From a virus (lineage: Duplodnaviria; Caudoviricetes): a stretch of 64,000 nucleotides of DNA. This document shows, in pieces, positions 11,604 through 21,333 of the stretch. The position numbers and the translations under genes were made by a program. A model generated the notes under the pieces. It searched no databases, was not told the DNA's origin, and worked only from the letters and a program-made list of their open reading frames with translations. Each line of letters starts with the position of its first letter. Position 1 is the stretch's first letter. The DNA lies in IMG/VR virus record IMGVR_UViG_3300043078_000170; one strand, given 5' to 3'.

Positions 11604-12503
11604 ATGAGAAAAACACAAGAACAATTTGAAGATGAAATTAATAATAAATTTAATGGTGAATATACAGTATTAGGTAAATATATTAATAATGGAACTAAGA
11701 TTAAAATAAGACATAATAAATGTAATAATATTTGGGAGGTAACGCCTACTAATATTTTAAATAATAGAAGTACTTGTCCTTATTGTTGTAAGAATCCTAG
11801 ATATACTACAGAAATGTTTAAAAATAAGATTAAAGAATTAACTAATGATGAATATAAATTACAATCAGAATATATTAATACAAAAACTAATATTACTTTA
11901 ATTCATAAAAAATGTGGAAATAAATTTGAATTAAAACCAAATGATTTTATTTCTAATGGACAACGTTGTCCTATATGTACAAAAGAAAAACAATATTCAG
12001 CTAAAAGAAAGACTAATGAAATTTTTTTAAAAGAAGTCTTTAATTTAGTTGGTGATGAATATACTTTCTTAGAAAAGTATATTAATAATTCTACTAAAAT
12101 AAAAGTAAGACATAATAAATGTAATAATGAATATAGTGTTACACCTATTAAGTTTTTAAGTGGTAGAAGATGTCCTTATTGTAAGAAATCTTTTGGAGAA
12201 TTAAAGATTAAATCATTATTAGAAAATATGAATATTAATTTTATTCAAGAATATAGATTCGATGATTGTAAATATGAAAGAACTTTACCATTTGATTTTT
12301 ATTTACCAGATAAAAATATTTGTATAGAATATGATGGAGAATTTCATTATTCAGTTCAATATTATAAAGATGATTTAATTAAACAACAAAAACGTGATAA
12401 TATTAAGAATGAATACTGCAAAAATCATAATATTAAATTAATTAGAATATCTTATAAAGATAAAAATAATATTGAATCTATTCTTAAAACGTATTTGAAT
12501 TAA
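11604..12503 (+). CDS. Intron-encoded putative homing endonuclease 2 (3 zinc-ribbon repeats plus nuclease)
   Basis: Same repeats; LPFDFYLP...IEYDGEFHY; lies downstream of the S element, in the P9 region. Confidence 0.8.
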   Translation: MRKTQEQFEDEINNKFNGEYTVLGKYINNGTKIKIRHNKCNNIWEVTPTNILNNRSTCPYCCKNPRYTTEMFKNKIKELTNDEYKLQSEYINTKTNITLIHKKCGNKFELKPNDFISNGQRCPICTKEKQYSAKRKTNEIFLKEVFNLVGDEYTFLEKYINNSTKIKVRHNKCNNEYSVTPIKFLSGRRCPYCKKSFGELKIKSLLENMNINFIQEYRFDDCKYERTLPFDFYLPDKNICIEYDGEFHYSVQYYKDDLIKQQKRDNIKNEYCKNHNIKLIRISYKDKNNIESILKTYLN

Positions 12504-12524
12504 CGACTCAAATAGAACATAATG

Positions 12525-13185
12525 TGATACTGTTCCAGGTATGGATGTAGAAATGGAAAATGAATTTACTCAAATGTTATTAAAATCAATTATCACAGGG
12601 ATGAACGTACCATACAATTATATCGATTCAACTCAGGAAATTGATTTTGCTAGGTCTTTAACAATGACTAATAATCCTTTTGTAAGAGCTATTATTAATG
12701 ACCAAGAAGAATTTGGTAATTTTTATAGTAAGATTATTAGAGAATTATATAAAAATGAATTTGTTAAAGAAACTGGTGGTAAAAAGAAAAGAGTTAGTAG
12801 AAAAACTAAGAATGCTTATTTAAATATAGCTATTGATAATCTAGAACTTAGATTTCCTACTCCTATTTATCTTGTATTAGGTAATATGAATGAACAAATT
12901 CAGAATGCACAACAAACTGCTGAATTTATTACTACTACATATTATCCTGACGATCCTACAGGACAATCTATTGATGCATATCAAAATGAAGTCAATAAGG
13001 CTAATTTTAGAAAAGAATTATATAAAAAGCATTTACTTCCTTCATTGGAATGGGATTCTTTTGATGAAATTTATAAAAAAGTTAGTCAAAATGCTATTGA
13101 AAATGCTATTACTGGTACAATTAATTTTGCTCCAGAAGCTAAAAAGAAGAATGAGCTTGATATGTTAGAAGAAGATGAATTTTAA
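12525..13185 (+). CDS. Portal protein, exon 2
   Basis: Continues DTVPGMDVEMENEF...GMNVP, like gp20 TTLPG...ALNVP. Confidence 0.8.
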
Positions 13186-13190
13186 TATAA

Positions 13191-13228
13191 AACCCTAAAG
13201 GCTAAAAAGCCTTTAGGGAAATTTTTTA
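13191..13228. terminator. Bidirectional intrinsic terminator between convergent portal and tube genes
   Basis: CCCTAAAGGC-loop-GCCTTTAGGG flanked by A/T runs. Confidence 0.7.
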
Positions 13229-13236
13229 TTTTATAA

Positions 13237-14166
13237 TTAAGTACCAGAACTACTATTTGAATTAGTACCACTAGTTGCTTTCTGTGCAGGAGCAAGTAAC
13301 TCTGTACCAGAAAGGTCAATACTAATACCAGCATTTTCTTTATCCCAACCACCAGTAGCAAATGTAGCAAGGTTCTTTTCGCTAGCATCAGAATAAACAC
13401 CATTATTCTGAGGATCAAAGTCTGCAACTGTAAGAATAGGATATGGCTTAGCATAGATAGTATTGTTACCAGTATTATCAGCATCACTAAGTACATTATA
13501 AGCATAGTTATCTACTTCAGGACCTAAATGTAAGTCACCAACAAAGTTAATATCAATTTCAGGTGAATCATGAGTACCTTGTGAATAGTTGAAGTGACCA
13601 AGAGGTAATGAAGTTGGCATTACTGCAGTATAATAAGCAGCAAATTCAATGTTATTCATTGTAACGTTGTTAGCATCAGGACGTGTTACGATATATAGTA
13701 ATTCACCAGTATGGTTTTTAGCACCATATGTACAACCAAATGCTCTAGGATATACAGCAATATCAGTCTCAGGATCACGAATACCAGTAATCCAGAATTG
13801 ATACATATTCTTAATTGGGTTACCAGAGAATTCTTGATGCTTTAATGAGAAGTTAGTATTTGCTTTTTGAATTGATGTAGCATATTCATAAGCATTACCA
13901 TTAAAAGTATGTGTATACTGAGCTGTTTGTAAATCCATATTAGCAAGACCATCAAAAGACTTAAAGTTCTTTTGTGTCATATCAGCAAAGTTTTCATATG
14001 TCTTTTCAACCCAGAATGGTAACTTAGTCCAAATAATAAATGCATAACCTGTTACTAAAGGGTCAAAATCCAATGTTTGTGTGTTCATTTTGCCAGTAAA
14101 CCAGCTACCCTGAACTCTTTTTTGGTCCATATCAAACACGTTTATATTTTTGCCAGGTATTAACAT
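13237..14166 (-). CDS. Tail tube protein
   Basis: Directly downstream of the sheath; W..GIRDP.T and YYTAVMPTSLP...EIDINF tube-like pattern. Confidence 0.7.
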   Translation of the reverse strand: MLIPGKNINVFDMDQKRVQGSWFTGKMNTQTLDFDPLVTGYAFIIWTKLPFWVEKTYENFADMTQKNFKSFDGLANMDLQTAQYTHTFNGNAYEYATSIQKANTNFSLKHQEFSGNPIKNMYQFWITGIRDPETDIAVYPRAFGCTYGAKNHTGELLYIVTRPDANNVTMNNIEFAAYYTAVMPTSLPLGHFNYSQGTHDSPEIDINFVGDLHLGPEVDNYAYNVLSDADNTGNNTIYAKPYPILTVADFDPQNNGVYSDASEKNLATFATGGWDKENAGISIDLSGTELLAPAQKATSGTNSNSSSGT

Positions 14167-14236
14167 ATTTAATTAACTCCTTTCATAAATTAATTTAAAT
14201 GAGGAGTTAATATAAATTTAACTCCTCATATATATG

Positions 14237-17200
14237 TTAAATTGAAGCAGGACAATCAATATTAATTACGATTCTTTCAATTACACCAGTGAATTGAAGT
14301 GTAACGTCTACACGAACAATCTTTTGGATAATATCATAATCAGAAGCATAAACATCAGCTGTTGCAACAGTGCAAGCACCATTGTTAATCCAGTTAGTTA
14401 AGTAACTATTAATTTCAGCAGCCATTGCACTTCTTGTTTCAGAAGTATTAAATTCAAATTGATATGTCTTAGCAATTTTTTCAACATTTCTCTTAACTTT
14501 TAACATTACGAGCATGTTGTTAATCTGTCCTAAAGGACCAGTTGTATAGTTTGTATTCTGAGCACCTATTCTAATAGTAGTAATATCCTTTTCAAGATAG
14601 TTTACCTTATTAGTATAGAGCTTTTCTTTTTGTTCTTCATTTGGATACCAGTCATTAGAAATAAATCCACCAACTACACCACGTCTAGAACCAGCCATAG
14701 GCATATGTCTACCATAGTTATCAATATGCTTACCAAGTAAATCAGCAAGAATATAGGTAGAAGTTAAATTAATATTCTTAGATGTATATTCATCATACCA
14801 AACCTGAGATTGAGAAATAATAGACATGAAGTAAGTAGAATTTGTAAATCCTGTCTTCCAGTCTAAGCAATCTTGGATAGTATTCTGAACTTTAGTATCA
14901 GCCCAATAGAAGAAGTCTTGTCTTTCATCTCTAGCTAATGTGATGATTGCATTCTTAACTGCATCTTCATAGTTAGCATCAAGTATATGGTCAAATTCAT
15001 ATAAGTCCTTATTAAGTACATCTTCATTCCATGTACCCTTATAAGCCTTAATACGAACATCATTAATCTTATTCTTACGAAGTTTTAATGCAGCACTTGT
15101 ACTATTATCATAAGTGAAGCAACCGTCAGAACCTTCAGCAAATCCTAAAGGAGCATTAATATCAGTTACAAGGTTATCATAGCAAAGTGTATTTAATGAT
15201 ACAAGAACCTTATCCTGTTTTTCAATATTAGACTTTACAATATTCTTATTTTCCTTTGCAATAGAGATACTATTAATAATATCTTGAGCACAATAGTATG
15301 GATACTGTAATACAGGTGATTCTTGTGCTGTAGAAGAATCTAAAGGTAATGAATTTTCATTAAGTGAAACTTCTAAAGCATTATTAATTAAATTAGTAAC
15401 TTCAGTCTGTGTTAAATCTTCATTATCTTCACTATTATAATATTCCCAAAGAGTATTTACAGAATATGAAGAACCATTATATTTAATAACAGTATTAGCT
15501 ACATCAATTGTACCAATTAAAGTATTAATAATTTCTGTAATATACTTTTCATTAATAAATGCAGTGATAATATTATGAACATCAGATAATTGACTTAAGC
15601 TTTCAGAAAGAATTTGATAAATTGTTTCATACTTTGTTTGTGTTAAACCATCTACAGTATAGCCATTCTTAATATCATCATACATATCAATTAATGCTTG
15701 ACCACCATAAATCGGTGTTCTACTTTCACCATAATGGTTTTGTCCAGTAATATTAATTAATATCTTTTCAAGAATTGGTAATATACCTCTATAAACGGTA
15801 TCATCATTAGTTTTACCATAATTACTAATATTATATGTAATACCTAATGGGTCAATTTCTGTTTCATTTGTAGCACTTTCAGAGAAATAATAAGCATAAG
15901 GTTCATCATTAGAAGCTTTATATAAAACTTCAAGATCTTGTACTTTATAAGTCTGATAAAGAACTGTATTAATAATATTTGTGATTAAGTAATTAGTTTC
16001 AGTTACAATAGTATCCATTGCTGTATATAATGTATCTAATGTTTCATCACCAAGAATTACAGAAGCATTATTTCTAGCTAAATCAGTACTTAAATCTAAG
16101 ACAGTATTCTTATGAACATTTAATAATGTTAAATAAGTAGATCTTAAATCAAGATCATTATTAATTGTCTTCATTAAATACTTAAGTGAAGAATAGTTAG
16201 AGTAGTCAGTAATAGAACCTTGATTATTAACGATAGATTCAAAACCACCAACAAAAAGATTTAAGATAGTTGTTAATGAGTAATCAGAAGCTGAAATAGA
16301 AGTATACTTCTTAGCATTTGTAATATCATCAACAATAGTATCTTTACCCTTGCCATCTAATTCTCTAGAAATTAATGAAGCATAACTAGCTACCTTATTA
16401 TAGCACTGAGATAACTTACCATTCTTTAATTTTTCAGTAAATACTTCATCAAATACAGGTACTCCTTCAACATCTTCCTTTTTAAAATAATAATTAGAAA
16501 GAAGCTTTGTAATAGATGTATAATTAATATGGTTACTGTCTATAAAATCAGTTATAATTTGGAATGAAGTTAAAGGAATATTAGCTAAAGTATATTTTTT
16601 AGTGGTACCTGGAATTTCATAGTTACCTTCAATATTAAATTGATAGTTCATATATGCACTCATAAATCTTATAAGATTAGTTAAATTAAAGAATTTAACA
16701 CCACTAGAGATATACTTTTCTTTATTATCTATAAACTCTTTATAATTAGCTATTTCATCAGTATTTATAGAACTTTTTTCATTACTTACTACTAAATAAT
16801 TATTAAAGTTATTATCATTAAAATGGGTATAAATTGTATTTAATAAATCATAATAATCTTTAAATGTATAATCATATCCAATTTCGTTATTATCATCAGT
16901 ATAATTTAATACAATATTATAACTATAACCATCTACTGTATGTTTTGGTAGATCAGAGCTTTTTAAAGGTTCAGCATTTTCATCAGTAATATGGAATATT
17001 GTATATTTATCTTCATAAGCCCAATGAGCTATATGCTGACCGGTTTTCGGAATATATAAATATTTTTCAATCAAGGTGCTAAAAATTGTTCCAACAACAG
17101 CTTTTTTAAAAGATCCTATTGTAAGGCTAGTTCCTTTAATAGGTTGTAGTTTAGCTTCACCATTAATATTATAAACTTTTATATAATTGCCAAATTTATT

Positions 17201-19216
17201 TACAGTTCCATCAGAATCATAGCAAGTAAAATCAACAATTGGTATATAATTATATTTAATATCATCATCTGTATCTGAAATAAAATCATCTATATAAGTA
17301 GGATATAATGAACTATACTTACTGCTTGTTCCATCATTATTATGATAACTAAATTTATTATCTGGAAAATAGTCATTAGTATCTGTTAATCCTCTATTAA
17401 GATAATTATTGTTTGTACCATCAATATAAGCAATATTATTTACAATATATTCATAAATTGTTTTATATGTACCATCAAAATATTCTTTAGTTAAAGGCTG
17501 ATAATAATGACCATTATTAATTCCTTTTGTGTCTAAATAAAGATTTTTATAAGAAGTAGTAGATGAATTAGAATTAAATATAGAATAAATTTTAGCATCA
17601 TCACTAACATAATCATAATATAAATCGGCTTCAAGATAATCATCAGAAATTACAAATCCATTATTATTATAAATATCATAGTTAGCTATAAACTGGACAT
17701 ATTTCATAAAGTTATGATAGTAACTAATTAAATGAGTATCTGTTGCTGAAATATAGCCATCTTCGGTAATTGTACTCATCATTTGAGATGTAGAAGTATA
17801 AACTGTATCAACATTTTCATATCCAGTAACTTCACTACCTACATAATTACCATTTTTGTCTTTTAATGCTTTATTGATAATTTCTTGTGTTCTTAAGTAC
17901 CAAGAATGATCTTTTGTATCATCTTTACCAACATAATTAGATTTAAATGTTGCATTATTATAAATATAATAATATCTATCAGAATCCTTTTCATTAGCAT
18001 AAATTAAAGTATTAACTTTATCTGCTAATAAATAAGTATTAGGAGCAAAGTCGCTTAAAATATTACCAATAACTAAATTTAAGTTCTGTGTAATTCTATC
18101 ATTTAATAACCAGTTATAGAAACCTCTCATATAATCAGTTACATATTTCTGATTATTATAAATAACTCTACGACTATTATCAGCAATATCAACAATATCT
18201 GAAGTAGTTTCATCATTATTAGAAATATTTAAAATATAATCGCCATTTGACTGTAGAGCAATACCAGTTGTAGAATATTTTCTTAAAGCAATATGAACAT
18301 CTTCATCCTTACCAGTTGCAGAACTAAAGTATGTTTCACTTTCACCAGTAGAAAGAATTCTACTCTGACCAGAAAGAATATCGATTATATAAGGATCAAC
18401 TTCATCATTGATTATAGTAGCAAGCTTAATATAGTTTTCAGTATTAAACTTAATCTTAATATACTCAGAATAACTATTAACGACATTTTCAATAAACATT
18501 GACTTCTGACTATTTGGATCAATAGCATCTGGATCAAAGCTTACATAATAAGGTCCGTCAATAATATCATAAGTAGAACCACTGTATTTAATAACTTCAA
18601 AAGTATAAATACGGCTTGTCATACTAGCATCATAGGAAGAATTTAAGCGAATTCTAAAACCAAGATCGTTATAATATTCACCTCTTCCTTCAGGATATGC
18701 AATAAAGATAAAGTTATCAATATAGCCATCAGTAGTAGGATAATCAGAACGATCTTCTGATAATTCACTATCTAATAAAGCTTCTGATGTATTATTAACA
18801 CCAATATAAGTAACTAAAGGTCTTAAATAAACATCATTAATTTTAGTTTCATCACCATCAGCGTTGATTACTGCTTTACCATTAGTAGAATTCTTATACT
18901 GAATGTTTAAAATTGCATGAGCATAAGAAGCATCATCAGGTAATAAACGCATAATAACAGCTGAATTACCGTTAGTTAACCACTTTTCGACATTGTAACC
19001 TGCCTGACCATACTTATCAAGGTTAGGTTCACCATACTTGAATAAATATTCAGAAAGTGTATTAACTTGTTGTAATTTATTATCTACACCATGATCAAAA
19101 ACGTCTGCTACAAAAAGAACTTCTCTACTTACAGATGTATCGTAGTTATAATTCTCAGTAGTAATATAAGTTTTAATCGAAGGGTGAAGATACTTTAAAG
19201 TAATTTCACTAGCCAT
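14237..19216 (-). CDS. Contractile tail sheath protein with a large central insertion
   Basis: N-terminal YGEPNLDKYGQ...VIMRLLPDDA; C-terminal AGSRRG, YQFEFNT and VRVDVTLQFTGVIERIVINI. Confidence 0.85.
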   Translation of the reverse strand: MASEITLKYLHPSIKTYITTENYNYDTSVSREVLFVADVFDHGVDNKLQQVNTLSEYLFKYGEPNLDKYGQAGYNVEKWLTNGNSAVIMRLLPDDASYAHAILNIQYKNSTNGKAVINADGDETKINDVYLRPLVTYIGVNNTSEALLDSELSEDRSDYPTTDGYIDNFIFIAYPEGRGEYYNDLGFRIRLNSSYDASMTSRIYTFEVIKYSGSTYDIIDGPYYVSFDPDAIDPNSQKSMFIENVVNSYSEYIKIKFNTENYIKLATIINDEVDPYIIDILSGQSRILSTGESETYFSSATGKDEDVHIALRKYSTTGIALQSNGDYILNISNNDETTSDIVDIADNSRRVIYNNQKYVTDYMRGFYNWLLNDRITQNLNLVIGNILSDFAPNTYLLADKVNTLIYANEKDSDRYYYIYNNATFKSNYVGKDDTKDHSWYLRTQEIINKALKDKNGNYVGSEVTGYENVDTVYTSTSQMMSTITEDGYISATDTHLISYYHNFMKYVQFIANYDIYNNNGFVISDDYLEADLYYDYVSDDAKIYSIFNSNSSTTSYKNLYLDTKGINNGHYYQPLTKEYFDGTYKTIYEYIVNNIAYIDGTNNNYLNRGLTDTNDYFPDNKFSYHNNDGTSSKYSSLYPTYIDDFISDTDDDIKYNYIPIVDFTCYDSDGTVNKFGNYIKVYNINGEAKLQPIKGTSLTIGSFKKAVVGTIFSTLIEKYLYIPKTGQHIAHWAYEDKYTIFHITDENAEPLKSSDLPKHTVDGYSYNIVLNYTDDNNEIGYDYTFKDYYDLLNTIYTHFNDNNFNNYLVVSNEKSSINTDEIANYKEFIDNKEKYISSGVKFFNLTNLIRFMSAYMNYQFNIEGNYEIPGTTKKYTLANIPLTSFQIITDFIDSNHINYTSITKLLSNYYFKKEDVEGVPVFDEVFTEKLKNGKLSQCYNKVASYASLISRELDGKGKDTIVDDITNAKKYTSISASDYSLTTILNLFVGGFESIVNNQGSITDYSNYSSLKYLMKTINNDLDLRSTYLTLLNVHKNTVLDLSTDLARNNASVILGDETLDTLYTAMDTIVTETNYLITNIINTVLYQTYKVQDLEVLYKASNDEPYAYYFSESATNETEIDPLGITYNISNYGKTNDDTVYRGILPILEKILINITGQNHYGESRTPIYGGQALIDMYDDIKNGYTVDGLTQTKYETIYQILSESLSQLSDVHNIITAFINEKYITEIINTLIGTIDVANTVIKYNGSSYSVNTLWEYYNSEDNEDLTQTEVTNLINNALEVSLNENSLPLDSSTAQESPVLQYPYYCAQDIINSISIAKENKNIVKSNIEKQDKVLVSLNTLCYDNLVTDINAPLGFAEGSDGCFTYDNSTSAALKLRKNKINDVRIKAYKGTWNEDVLNKDLYEFDHILDANYEDAVKNAIITLARDERQDFFYWADTKVQNTIQDCLDWKTGFTNSTYFMSIISQSQVWYDEYTSKNINLTSTYILADLLGKHIDNYGRHMPMAGSRRGVVGGFISNDWYPNEEQKEKLYTNKVNYLEKDITTIRIGAQNTNYTTGPLGQINNMLVMLKVKRNVEKIAKTYQFEFNTSETRSAMAAEINSYLTNWINNGACTVATADVYASDYDIIQKIVRVDVTLQFTGVIERIVINIDCPASI

Positions 19217-19373
19217 AATTAATCACTTCGATTGTCTTAAAATATTATAAATTATAAACTATAATACCAAGCCAAGGTATCTACGATTACTAAACTAGAC
19301 AATCTTTCCTTTCCTCATTATTTTTAGCTTAATTCATTTAGTAATCAATTATATTTTTCATAATATAGTTTTA

Positions 19374-19385
19374 TAAAAAAATGTT
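19374..19385 (-). promoter_or_regulatory. Late promoter AACA-N6-TA for the sheath-tube operon
   Basis: AACA TTTTTT TA on the minus strand, about 155 nt upstream of the ATG. Confidence 0.55.
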
Positions 19386-19469
19386 TAGCTCATTAAAGTA
19401 TATTTAGATTTATTATATAAAAAGTAAACATCCATTTATAATTTTTATATATAAAGAGGTGATTATATA

Positions 19470-20384
19470 ATGTTTAATATCAATAGAGACAAATTTTTTA
19501 ATATATTAACAGATTTAAATAAATCATGTAAATATAATGATATAAAAGACAAATATTTTATGGAAGTACCTAAATTTAATAATCTAATGAATTATATTGA
19601 TTTAAATAAATATACTTTAGATTACATGCAAAATAGATTAATAGCTATAAAAAGAAAAGATGTTCCTGCTAATTATATTAAGAATTTAATACTTTGTCCT
19701 ATGTATACTAAAAATAGATTAGACCCTGAAGAATGTGAAAATATTACATTTACTTTTCCAACAGAAAAAAGAAATAGTTATTTAACAGATACTAATAAGG
19801 ATGAAACTAATGAATCTTATTGTGTTAAAGGTTTATTAAATCCAGGAATATTAAATGCTATTTTAGTATATATGCTAAATACTAATTTAATTTCTTATGA
19901 TACTATGATTATATTTAAAATAACAGATAGTAATTCAGATGTTATTGAATATTTACAAAAGAATAGTTCACTTGATGCTTTTAATAATGAATTAATTAAT
20001 ATAATTAACATAAATTATACTGAAAATAAATCAGGATTTTATAATAAAGGTTTTATGGGACAAGTTTTCATAGAAGGAAATAACCCAAGTTCTGTTAATG
20101 AAATAGTTAAAAAAGCTTATGAAATTGAAAGTTTTGATTTTAAATATCATGATAATTTTGAAGTTATGCATAAATCTCTTCCAAAATTAATGGATGGTAA
20201 TAGAAAATTATTAACATATTTTAATGCTAGTGTATATATTGATGATAGATTATTTATATTTAGTGATAAATCAAAAAGTATTAAATTTTCAGTTTTAGTT
20301 GAAGATACTTTCTTAGTAGAATGGAATACTATTGAGAAATTCATAAATCAGTTATATTGTATAATTAAAGGAGATGAGCTATAA
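19470..20384 (+). CDS. Hypothetical protein
   Basis: 304 aa ORF, AGAGGT RBS, late motif at 19427-19438. Confidence 0.7.
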   Translation: MFNINRDKFFNILTDLNKSCKYNDIKDKYFMEVPKFNNLMNYIDLNKYTLDYMQNRLIAIKRKDVPANYIKNLILCPMYTKNRLDPEECENITFTFPTEKRNSYLTDTNKDETNESYCVKGLLNPGILNAILVYMLNTNLISYDTMIIFKITDSNSDVIEYLQKNSSLDAFNNELINIININYTENKSGFYNKGFMGQVFIEGNNPSSVNEIVKKAYEIESFDFKYHDNFEVMHKSLPKLMDGNRKLLTYFNASVYIDDRLFIFSDKSKSIKFSVLVEDTFLVEWNTIEKFINQLYCIIKGDEL

Positions 20385-20779
20385 TGTATATGGATGAAGA
20401 TTATGATTATATATTTATGGAAGGTTATTATGATGCTTTATGTGAAGATATTGAAATAAAAATTAGCGGAAATAAAAATAAAGTTAAAAAAACTAAAGAA
20501 GTAATTGAAAAATATAATCAATATAAAGAAAAAAGAAAAAAGCAAGGAAAAGAAGCTTTAGATATTGATGATTGGATTGAACAACAGAAAAAAGCTAAAG
20601 ATCTTAAGCATGATATGGCAAAGGCTGGAATTAAAATTGTAGGTGCTGCTGGAACGGTTGCTGCAGCAGGTGCTGTAGCTAGTGCTTTTAAGAAAAAGGG
20701 AATTGATACAAATAGTAAAAAAGTAGATATCAATGTTGCACCTAATTTAAATACTATTAACTTAGGAAAGAAAAAATAA
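20384..20779 (+). CDS. Small basic protein with N-terminal EGYYDAL tag (putative head-internal protein)
   Basis: FMEGYYDALCE followed by a Lys-rich region and a Gly/Ala-rich segment. Confidence 0.65.
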   Translation: MYMDEDYDYIFMEGYYDALCEDIEIKISGNKNKVKKTKEVIEKYNQYKEKRKKQGKEALDIDDWIEQQKKAKDLKHDMAKAGIKIVGAAGTVAAAGAVASAFKKKGIDTNSKKVDINVAPNLNTINLGKKK

Positions 20780-20819
20780 TAAAATACCATAAGAGATTTT
20801 ATCTCTTATGGTATATTTT

Positions 20820-21314
20820 TTAATTATAAATTTCGCATAATGCATCATAATATCCATCAATATAAGATTCATTCACCTTACCATATTTTTCACAAGCTTC
20901 TTTAGGATTATCTTTAAAATCTTTAAATATTTTTTTAGCATCATTTTTAAATTGTTTTTTAGCTTCTTCTTTAGATATTTCATTTTTAAATTTTCCATTT
21001 TCATCTTTTTCAAAACCATTAACATATCCACAATCATTAAACGCATCGTGAAGATCTTTTCCAAATTTAACAGTTTTTACAACACCAACAGTACCTGCAA
21101 CAGCAGCACCACTTAATAAACCATTTTTAATCATCCAACCTTTTTTAGATAATGGTTTTTTATTTTTACTGACACATTTAGTAACGTATTTCTTATATCT
21201 TTCATCAATTTTATTTTTAGCTTTATCTTTAATTGTTATTTTTTCATTTGCTTTTTTAGATTCACATAATGCATCGTAATAACCTTCTAAATAAATATCT
21301 TCTAAATTATACAT
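20820..21314 (-). CDS. Basic protein with EGYYDAL tags at both termini
   Basis: YLEGYYDALCE at the N-terminus, YIDGYYDALCE at the C-terminus. Confidence 0.65.
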   Translation of the reverse strand: MYNLEDIYLEGYYDALCESKKANEKITIKDKAKNKIDERYKKYVTKCVSKNKKPLSKKGWMIKNGLLSGAAVAGTVGVVKTVKFGKDLHDAFNDCGYVNGFEKDENGKFKNEISKEEAKKQFKNDAKKIFKDFKDNPKEACEKYGKVNESYIDGYYDALCEIYN

Positions 21315-21333
21315 TAAAATAACCTCATTTCAT

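Larger units (their letters stand above)
10167..12524 (+). mobile_element. Group I intron in the portal gene carrying two endonuclease ORFs
   Basis: P1 GAGAU/GUCUC with a U-G pair; GAACTGCTGGGAA, AATCAGCAAC, CTCAACGACTA (~11473) and AAGATATAGTCT (~11544); terminal G12524; splicing gives VEIDTVPG. Confidence 0.88.
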
